Below, in pieces: positions 27,400 to 36,516 of a DNA stretch of 36,516 bases. Position numbers and translations under genes: made by a program. Under the pieces are notes generated by a model. The model was not told the origin of the DNA. It did not search any database and saw nothing but the letters and a program-made list of their open reading frames with translations. Within the stretch, counting starts at the first letter, position 1. Every line of letters starts with the position of its first letter. This DNA comes from Basidiobolus ranarum (taxonomy: Eukaryota), in the NCBI GenBank assembly GCA_040143965.1, contig JASJQH010000058.1, positions 1-36,516 of the forward strand. The letters run 5' to 3'.

Positions 27400-28960
27400 A
27401 GCCACTGGCCCTCAGGACATGACTAAGGTGTTGGCGATTGAATGCAGTTAAGTGATAACGGCTTAAAATGGATGAAAACCAACAGTTTCTTGCAATGATG
27501 ACACATGGTTTCACTTGGCATTTGGACTTTGATCGAAGTGATTGGCTTAATTGAGAGCATCTAAAGAGGCACATCTTGCCCTGCACTGCTGCTTGTAAGA
27601 AAGCACCTAGTGTTGATCTGAAATGATATTCTTAATTAAAAACCATCAGAATGAGACAATTGTTAATCCTACGTGACATTAGTCCATTATACCTAAGTGT
27701 GAGCAGATAGGTCCCAGAGTGAATGGTGTCAGTAGTTGGGTTATACATATTGTTTGTACTCTGGCAATTATTGTGTATCACCACACAACACAGTTTGCTT
27801 GTAACTTGGTTGACTCGGCAGTAGTGCTCACATTAGAAGTTTGGAGTAAGTAGGATGCTTCATTTCTGAAGATGCTAATTCTTGATAGCCAGACTGAATT
27901 TATGTAGCTAGAAGAGTATGGTCGCTACCAGCATCCATTTTCTTTTGAAATCCAAAATATGAAGTCCAGGCTAATACAAGTGCTCAAGGGTCAAGGACGC
28001 TAATTGCTCTAGAACTGAAGGGTAGGTTTCAGAGTTTGGTGAGCAATCTTATACTATTGCTTTCAAAATCCACCACTGAATGTTTTCTTTACCTATGCAA
28101 CAAAGGTTGTGATGCAACTCATATCTATAGACAAAAATAGCCAAGAAATTGGAAGGGTGTATCACGTGCTTTCAAAGCTAAGTTGCTCAAACTGAGTTCA
28201 TATCTAGGTATTTCACCTTGAATGTCTAATAGTAGCAATGGGTAATGTTCAGAGTTTGAACATTGGATACTTTATCCTAGTTCATCAAATGGCTACTAGA
28301 ATAATAGGTCTTAAAATTACTCGAGCTTGAAAGATGTTGTATGCTGGATAGCCTGAACTTCATTAGAAAGGCATTACTTCTGCTTGATATGTTATTTCAT
28401 CACAAAGGTGTTGTACTTACTTGGTATTGGCTGATTTCAAATCCTCTTGAAATTTTATAGATGTTCATTCAACACTTGATATTTAATTGTGATTGAGATA
28501 GTCCTAAGTCTTCCCCTTGGCTATTTTTTACATGTATTGCAGGTTGTTCCTGTCAATCTAAGCAGAGCAGTGGAAGGTAGTCTAGATATGTCTACTTAAC
28601 CAGCATATTATGGGTTAGTAGGCTTACAGTAAAACAGCATTTCTGTTGAAGTACACAAAGGCTTTAGCATATTTCAGGCCAATTACACCATGGCCTTGTG
28701 ACAGAACTCGTGTGAAGCTGTTAACAATACCTCATTCAGCATCATTGAGTCACATGATCACGGCTTGAATGTGTTTGGTTCGAGTCGATTGAGTTTTCTT
28801 TAGTAACACCATATTTGTTTGACTTGATTCAGCACTTGACTAATTACCGCTCATTTCATTGTGATACCCAGGGAGTGAGGCAGAGAAACCTTTTGGGGTA
28901 CGGCCTCCTCAGTTTCATGTGTGTTTCTGTCAGTACATGTCATACGGGGCAGTGATAAAT
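27400..28960 (-). mobile_element. Highly decayed non-LTR (LINE-type) reverse transcriptase relic
   Basis: Minus-strand fragments in RT order and roughly correct spacing: LKYAKAFVYFNR (~28678-28640; cf. LDFxKAFDxVxR), QGEDL (~28520), AF-xNE (~28370; decayed FADD) and PFQFLGY (~28157-28137). The segment is CpG-poor. Boundaries approximate. Confidence 0.45.
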
Positions 28961-29582
28961 TAAAATTGGATTGTTGACGGATTGGCTGATACTACTTGAG
29001 CAGCAAAAACTCGGCATTTGGAGGCTCCTACAAACACTGATCTCATGGTAGGTTGTTGGAAATGCCAACAGAGATCAAACATTACCTCTTGTGGAAACCC
29101 CTTTTTTAGAAGGGATCTAAGAAACCTTGGGCTGAGTCCTCAGTGGGATGGATAATGGCTGGTGAATTGATTCTATTTCGTACTGTGATTACGACGATAG
29201 TGATTTTTATATGCTTTTTTTGACTGTCGTTTTATGCATTTCCTATATTGGTAGATAAATTCCGAACAGTGCTATTTATGGAATTAAATTGAATACAAAT
29301 CCTAAATGCCAATGATGAGTTGCGATGGATTTGATATAGTTTTCACTTCATTTGGTGATTTGTTTTCCAAGCTTTCTAACGAAACAATAAAGAAAATAAG
29401 GGAAAACCAACAATTATAGTACGGCGAAAAAAGAACATAAAAAAATAACCAAGCCAAACTGTAAAGACAAATAACAAAAGAATATATGAGTTGCGAAACA
29501 ATAAGAAAGCGAAAAAATTCGGGATTTCATGGTGTAATGAATGAGCGTGTGAGATATTGAGAAATATGCTAAAGTTCTAGAG

Positions 29583-30723
29583 CTACTTTGGCGTGCTTGA
29601 ATGCGGTGAAGGGTACTGTGGAGGTTTGGGGGCACCACTCGGATTCTCCCCACCATTCGTCCAGTAATTAGGCTGAGCCATATATTGATTGTTGGGTGCA
29701 GCGTAGGAGCCCATAGCTGGTTGATTGTACTGTGGATACTGCTGATTACTGATGTAATTACCAACGTTTCCCATAGAAACCTGACCTGGCATTTGTCCAG
29801 GGAGACCTCCATATTGATGTCCATAATTCATATTTGCGAGCGAAGGATTATATCCTTGTGTAGATGACTGCTGTTGCAGATTCCGCACATTCTAAATCGA
29901 AAGAATTAGCAAATTCCGCTTATGATAAGAAATATAGTTGCCCATACCTGTCTGTCATTTCCATATAAACTCCCAGAGTTAGCATCGACACCAGATGAGG
30001 TATCACCACCGTATCCGGGTGGTGTCTGTTGACTCTGTACCTGCGAAGGTAATGACTGAGGTTGTTGTGCTTGCTGACGCTGAAGTTTCGGCGAAGGAAT
30101 TTGCGTTGAGATTGGCCCTTGGGGCTGAGCAGATTGGGGTATAACGGTGGTTTGCTGAGTAGGCTGTGTCTATATCAAGTTAAGCAACGTATATGATTTC
30201 ATCAGCTTCTATACATTGTATGCCAATAATACATTTAAATTGACTTACAGTTGACTCTGCAGTATCTTTAGATGGTGCAGAATCGGGAGCATTCAGACAG
30301 GATTGAATCAAGTTTTTACCTTCAGGCTGAGTGACTAAAGGCTGTAGTTTTGGAGTGGTGAACGTATACACTAGTCCAGTTTCAGAAACTACCAGCAAAA
30401 GGACCTGGGTTCCAGTAAGCGTACTAAGCTCGTAAGCCTACCAATAATACTAATATTTTAATAAGAGAGTAGAAAATTGAAATCCAAAATTTGACTACCT
30501 TTTTCATGATTCCTGCTTTGCGCTTACTAAAAGTAATGTGTCTACGATTTTTGTCGTCAATGTATTCAATCTTAATCTTACGACGACCGGAGCGCTTTTC
30601 ATTTTTGGGGATGCTGTCATCAGAATCGGCATCTTCTTCCTCTTCAAATTCACGCTTTGTCCCGCGAGTTTCATCTTTTGTAGTTAGCCCTTGTGAGATA
30701 TTAGGGGATTCATTACGATTCAT
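29583..30723 (-). CDS. MCM1: MADS-box transcription factor, Mcm1/SRF type, 4 exons
   Basis: GRRKIKIEYIDDKNRRHITFSKRKAGIMKK|AYELSTLTGTQVLLLVVSETGLVYTFTTPKLQPLVTQPEGKNLIQSCLNAPD, followed by a Q/P/Y/N-rich C-terminal region; stop at 29583. Confidence 0.96.
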
Positions 30724-33439
30724 GACTAAAGTGTATCAAATGTTGTTAGAGAATATAACAATTTCTTTGAAAACTCATAAACGTTACTATCGAGGCTGCC
30801 AAAATGACACAATGTTGATTCTTATGGAAGTTGGGTACTATCGAGACTAAACTTACTGAGGAAATATATGGACTTTGTTCACCAAAGGATAGAATGTAGG
30901 GAGAGTCAGGGGAGAACTTTCAACAATAACAACTACTGCCAAGTGTACTGTAGCGGCTGGAGTATTGTATGGATAAGTTAAAAGGCTTAACTAACGAAAT
31001 ACGATAAGCGATAATGAACGATTAAAGGAAAAAATCGACAATGCTTCAAATGGGAAAGGATTTAGAGCAAAAAACGAATAAGGAACGCGGGGAAAGAACT
31101 ACACCGGGGCTTAATTATATAAATAAGGCAATAGTAAACAAGTGGGGAGAATTGTAGTAATTCGGGACCTAGAATCTTTCCAAAATGGAAGTAGGGCAAG
31201 TCTTTTTATGTTGTTAAGAGTGTGACCTGATAATAGTAGCCATGAAGCTAAAAGAATTAACAAGGGATTTTTATATGCAACTCAATTAATTAAAGTAAAG
31301 TATAGAATCCGCACTTGCAAATTCCCATTCGGTGAATGCCAACTCTTCAGCTAAACACAGAAATTCATGTATTAACAAAATATGAAAATGATGCGAATTA
31401 GGCTAGTCAAGGGTGAATGAGTCCTAAGGATCAGAAACGTTGCAAACTAGAATAAATTTGAGTAGCTACGTTGTAGTTTACTGCTACATGTAGCGAGTTC
31501 TTGTCAGGGCTTCCATATATCTATCAGTAATTATTAATGGTGTTCTATATATGCTCATATTAACGGATCGACGATTTGATGTTTGAACTTGTCCAAGCTT
31601 ACCAAATCAGGGTGCTAGAATGCGATGCTCTAACATTTGTGTCTCTGATATGATATCATCTAAGTTGGCCGTTATAGCCGATATTCCACCAAAACCCACC
31701 ATATATAATAGGGCGATTCTAGTGCTTACATAGTAACACTCCATACACGCGGGCTGGATGGGTATCGCCCAGAATCATTGGTAATATCTGACCATATTTG
31801 GCATAATGTCTCGAAACAGGAAGATTTAGAGATGCATGTGCATTAAGCTTAATGTTCTAAACAGTAATCAGACGTAGGATCCGTTCGCTGTTACTTATCC
31901 TTTTTGCTTGAATGGTCTTCAACACATACAAGTATTGCCTTACAGAGGCTCCAACACACTGCTAGATTTAGCCGCCTGCTGGTTGTTTTACACATTGAAG
32001 GATCATATCCACTTTGACCTCAACTGGCCGTGTGTGGTTATTACTCCGGTTGGAGGCAATTTAAACCAGAAATTTACGAGGTTTCATGGAGGCCCAGGGA
32101 GGTCACGATCTATATATGTAGCTGTATGCTGGATCACAAATGATTCGACATGTTGATATTCTCTGAACCAATTTGATTCATGTTGTTCCATAAAAGGAAA
32201 ACCACGATTGACTCACAAAGAGTGGGATTTCCGCATATGTAGCAGGCCGAAACCAGTAGCAGTATATGGTAAAAAGAATGTGCCTTCATTTGGTGAACAG
32301 GAATGCCTATGGCTCGGAATCGCCATGAGTCTGCACTCTAGTATATCCATAGAGTGCCATTCAATAAGCTACAAAAGGTGAATATTGATGACGGTGGACC
32401 TATTTTACGAACCGTTGACTCCTGGGAAGCTTGGAAAATCCCATTGATACTTCATTTATACCGAAGCAAGGGTATTTTGAGTGAACCATGTCTTAGCCAC
32501 ATTTCATCATACCTCCATCCAAAGCGAAATTGCCACCATCAGCTTCGATATACTAGCGCTCAATTACAAACTAGTTTAATCAGTAAATATGGTAAAGTCT
32601 TGGCAAATGCACAGTTTCCCCAACATTGAAAGTGATTGCAAATCATCTATTTGCTTCGAGCGAATTGCCATATTATCTTCGACTGCTGAGCATTTATCCT
32701 CAATGGATATAGTTAGCGCCTGGGTGCTTGCCATTATGGTCCTAGTGAAGAAGCACGAATTCAAGCAGAGGTCAAGATTCATTTTGAGAATGTGGTCACC
32801 ACTAGATACACTTCAGGGAGTACCAATATTCAGTTTGACCAGCTGCTTGATCGAAGCGCCTTGTACCAATAAGCATCGAATGAATAGAACACAGACCTGT
32901 CACTCATTTATTTTGCGCAACAGCAAGAATTTGTGAATATTTTACAATGAGTAATCATATTGCGGAGTAGTTAGACTGCACAGTGATTTGGGATAGGCCC
33001 GACAATCCGTGTTGAAGCAAACAAAATAGGAGATCGCTCTTCTGCTGGGCTACGATTAGATAGAATGATGGCGAAAAAGTCGATTCATTTGTAGAGAGCA
33101 CAGAGAGATCAAACCCAATAAAATCAACAACGTTGGGTTTCAAAAATAGACGGTATTTCTAGAAGGATGATACTCGCACTAAGCCATAAATAGAGAGTGT
33201 GCTAAGCTGGGGAAAATGGTGTATGTTTGATGTGAAGGATCCTGGAAGTGGGAATTCCTTTGCAAGGTTCCCGGCCGCCAGTTTATTGACAGTCTTTAGT
33301 CATGATGCAGCATCTAATGGTCTGCAGACAGATAATATATTGTAAGAAAGCCGATGGCGCACGGTCAGAGTTGGGATGTCTCCATTAGTGAAAGCTAAAC
33401 TAATGACCACAATCGAAGTGTGCTGATCACGTAGGCACT

Positions 33440-33870
33440 TTTCCTATTTTGGTATATCATGGACTAAAATGCACTTATCTCACCATTAAAGCTTCTGTTC
33501 CCAACATCTCAGTTTATACAGTCAATATGCTGGTGCAAGGAAGAACAAACCTTAATACTAAGAGGAATATGGCCTGTTTTGGATACATGCATGGCAATCA
33601 GAATGGTAAAGTTAGATTAGTGACGAAGAAAGATTTCGACTAAGCTGATGATTTGGTGGTGTATCAGATGGCACAGGCCCTACTCTCAGGCTTGGTGAGC
33701 TGCTGAATATTCGGACAATTGGTGAAGCTTTACTGGAATGATCGAGCCAAAGAGCTTTTCATAATGTCGCTCAGGCGCTTATGACACTCACTGTGGATCG
33801 TCACGAGTAGCTTGGGGAGTCAATAATACAAGATTGAGTTGTGGTTGCGGACTGGGAACAAGGTAATCAC
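33440..33870 (+). mobile_element. Decayed non-LTR RT fragment
   Basis: HGLK..CT/ISPL..LF (~33458-33500; cf. GLxQGCxLSPxLF), then FD*ADDLVV (33635-33661; YADD with Tyr->TAA) and QALLSGL..FGQLVKLYWN..K. Confidence 0.35.
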
Positions 33871-33884
33871 ATTTTAGAGTTAGG

Positions 33885-34138
33885 GGGGATGAAAAGTGCC
33901 AGGTGGTATGGACTTTATTTAGCATATATACTAATCTAAACCAAGTGACCCTCTAGACATCAATCTCTTAAGATATTGTGACAATAATGGATCATATCCA
34001 TACTTAACTTGATGACCAACGTAATCATGTTCTGAGGATGCAAATATAGTGTTGAGGCAAAGGTGATATGCAGAAAGGAAGGTATTCAGTACAAACAAAA
34101 TGAATAATAGGACAAAAGCCTGCAATAATAGGGATCAA
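33885..34138 (-). mobile_element. Short copy (3' end only) of the adjacent non-LTR retroelement
   Basis: About 255 bp that aligns collinearly with 34152-34407 and encodes the same C-terminus (DYVGHQVKYGYDPLLSQYLKRLMS vs DYIGHQVKHGYDPVLTQHLKRLMS), plus the same 3'UTR. Confidence 0.85.
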
Positions 34139-34151
34139 GGGCTTAGGAGGT

Positions 34152-35286
34152 GGGGATGAAAAGCACTAGGTGGTGTGGACTTTATTTAGTTTATATACTA
34201 GTCTAAACAAAGTGACAATCAAGACATCAATCTTTTAAGATGCTGTGTCAAAACTGGATCATATCCATGCTTAACTTGATGACCAATGTAATCCAGTTCT
34301 GAGGATGTAAACATAGGGTTAAGGAAAAAAGGTGGTAGGCAGAAAGGAAGATACTCAGTACAAACCAAATGGACAATAGGACAAAAACCTGCAATAATAG
34401 AGATCAAAAAAGGTGTCATGGAGGCAGTGCATTGCTTCCAAAGGTCTAGCTGAAAGTCTATAGCAACAATTTTGGGCTGTTTTGTTTAATGTAGTTGTAA
34501 AGCTAGTTCAGAAACAAGAGAGTTATCTTGTATCAGTTTCAGGCATACTAATGGATTTCTGCAATCATTTAGTTAGAGAAAAAATCTAGCCCTCAGTAGC
34601 ACTACTCTGATATGATATGTGAAGAATCCAAATGTTCCATTTAGAGCATGATCATAGGGAGTCTCAGGCAAGTCAAGCATCAGCAGCCTGAGGCAGTAGC
34701 TGATGAATCTAACAAGCTTAGAGTAGTCTCTTTGGTTCAGTGGGAGCAGATATACTCCATATTCCAGAACTGGTATCACATACTGCTTTAGAAGTGTTTG
34801 GCAACTATGATAAGGTGTATTGAGAGGTGTAACTGCAAGTAACTTGTGAACAGCCTATTTAGCTGAGATAATTCTAATTGATTGGTATTTTTTCATATCA
34901 ATGCCAGTTTGAGTGAATGGGAAGCCAAGATAGGTTGCATGGTTCATTTGAGAGAGCACAGTGTAATATAAGGGAATAGTACAACCAAGTGGAATTGTTT
35001 TAGCAATGGAAAGGTCCAAGTTATTTTCTGATAGATACCTCTGAATAGTAACTATAACCTGTTGAGGTGGAGAAGCAGAAACTCTGATATCATCAGCAAA
35101 TAAATTAAACAAAGATCCAGGAGACAAGCTGAGAAAAATCATTGAGAAATATTACAAAAAGCAGAGAGCCTAGCACAGAACCTTGCACTACACCATTTGG
35201 CACTGGGTACAAGCAGGAGGAGTGTTGTGCACCAACATACAAAGTTACTTAACATACAGCATATCTTTACAACTTGCATCAATATC
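34152..35286 (-). mobile_element. Non-LTR retrotransposon ORF2 remnant (RT C-terminal half + C-terminus + 3'UTR), pseudogenised
   Basis: YPVPNGVVQGSVLGSLLFVIFLND (35211-35140), LFADDI, LDLSIAKT, ATYLGFPF, YVIPVLEYG, a Cys/His cluster GFCPIVHLVCTEYLPFC, stop, and AATAAA at 34181-34186. Contains stops and frameshifts. Confidence 0.9.
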
Positions 35287-35755
35287 TGTTTAGTTAATCA
35301 TCATACTAACTAGTCACCAAACCTTATCTAGTGACCCTATCATGTGACTTATCACATTACTAACTATCTATTCTCTTATCCCTTCTATCAGATCATATGA
35401 CCAATCACATGATCATCATCCAAGTATTAGCCTCTGAGTCATATATCTAGATGTAAGTCCATATAAGTCACAAGATTCCCAACTAATGAGCTTGCACTGC
35501 AAAGACTTCAGCTGATGCATGACTTACTTATCTCTCTATCTATCTATCCAATCACATTGTCTATTATCAGAATTAGTCATCTATTATCTCAGTGCTGACT
35601 AATTCACTTTGCAATCAAAAAGTATAAATAAAGCTAACTGAATCTTATGATTTAGGATGTGTCTTAATAAATATAGGATCCTAACACTTCTCAGTGTTTC
35701 TCAGCAAATTCAATATTCCTCCCTCATTTCTATCTAAGCCTAGTATCCACAAGCA
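35287..35755 (+). mobile_element. Probable solo LTR interrupting the non-LTR element
   Basis: Starts TGTTT, ends ACAAGCA. Contains repeated CATGTG/CACATG boxes (CpG-decayed CACGTG), TATAAATA at ~35623 and a downstream AATAAA at ~35667. RT homology stops abruptly at its left edge. No clean TSD. Confidence 0.5.
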
Positions 35756-36254
35756 TCTAGAGAACACCAAGCCTAGCTGTCACAATAAGGAACTGGACAA
35801 GGGCTGGAAATAATAACAAGAGGCTAGAAGGCAGGAGAGTACTTGGGTGTAGACCACAAGACAAGACAAGACTGGACAAGGAAGATACATTGACAAGAAT
35901 CTTTATTGATAACTGGCATTGATCAGACTGAGGTCTGATCAAGGAATACATGGTGATTATATAGATATTGAAGGGTGAAACATAATATATTGAATGGGGA
36001 ATATACTATGGCAAGTTCAAGTGTCAGGATGTTTAGAACTACAAGAACCAATACAAAGAGGGATGATGTAAGGATAATCAGGTGACATTCCATGGAAGGT
36101 CTTGGTGGAAATACATCATGTGTGGGAGGACAAGATTGGTTAGGTTTCATGGATGGTTCCAAAGAACAAGACTTCCATATAAGGTAACCTGAATGAACTA
36201 ACACAAGATTGCCAAGAAGGGATGGCACAGCAAATATGATGTCATAATCTAATA

Positions 36255-36382
36255 GTTAGGGTATATAGATGTTCTGGTAAGGGTAAGGGAGGGTAAGGAT
36301 GAAAAGAGGGGGTCTGGGGGACGTAGTCCTCCCAGTATAAAAAGAAAGCAGGGGGTTTGGGGGATGGGTTAGGGTTAGGGGG
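36255..36382 (+). repeat. G-rich tract with telomeric GGGTTAGGGTTAGGG and variant TAAGGG repeats
   Basis: GTTAGGG (36255-61), GGTAAGGGTAAGGGAGGGTAAGG (36276-98), two AGGGGGTYTGGGGGA copies (36307-21, 36350-64) and GGGTTAGGGTTAGGG (36366-80). Confidence 0.8.
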
Positions 36383-36516
36383 ATGATAAACACCACAGGG
36401 TGTAGTATTTATTTAATAACTAGATAAACTACTATTAAACAAATAAGCCAATGTAGCATAATATGCTAACAACAAAAGTTGAAGTTAAAATATAAAGAAA
36501 ATAATAAAGTATGGAA
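36379..36516 (-). mobile_element. 3' terminus of a third, related element (runs off the window)
   Basis: GGGGATGATAAACACCACAGGGTGTAGTATTTATTTA aligns without gaps to the termini at 33885 and 34152 (GGGGATGAAAAGCACTAGGTGGTGTGGACTTTATTTA). Confidence 0.6.

Noticed and set aside
28775-28792. GGTTCGAGTC tRNA T-loop/B-box match
   Set aside because: Flanks do not pair into a T-stem and there is no cloverleaf.
32354-33143. Cluster of 60-115 aa ORFs upstream of MCM1
   Set aside because: No recognisable domain or splice structure; possibly decayed repeat but unsupported.
33885-33930. Hammerhead ribozyme in the terminal repeats (as in Penelope-like elements)
   Set aside because: No CTGANGA...GAAA core with flanking stems on either strand.
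34152-34203. Hairpin followed by CTAG-T on + strand resembling a Helitron 3' end
   Set aside because: The sequence beyond CTAG is the conserved end of the LINE ORF in both copies, the hairpin is too far from CTAG, and no Rep/helicase is seen.

Overview
Eukaryotic, intron-rich, AT-rich genomic DNA, most likely from an early-diverging fungus (Zoopagomycota/Mucoromycota-like gene style; taxon is inference). The central part (4.5-31 kb) holds ten protein-coding genes that I assembled by hand across introns: a GCK-III/STK24-25-type Ste20 kinase, a small SPEC/CDC42SE-like CRIB protein, TXNL1 (thioredoxin + PITH), NAA25/MDM20, LSM6, a Ser/Thr-rich putative GPI/surface protein, BOL3, PRP28, SKN7 and MCM1/SRF. 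The flanks and long intergenic spaces contain decayed mobile DNA: a probable KDZ transposase relic near 0.5-1.5 kb, two heavily decayed non-LTR RT relics, and a CpG-stripped cluster at the right end. The most unusual feature is in that cluster. Three minus-strand 3' termini of a non-LTR retroelement family share the end AATAAA-hairpin-TCATCCCC, and each is joined directly to telomere-type TTAGGG(-like) sequence, in the orientation expected for reverse transcription primed from a telomeric G-strand.
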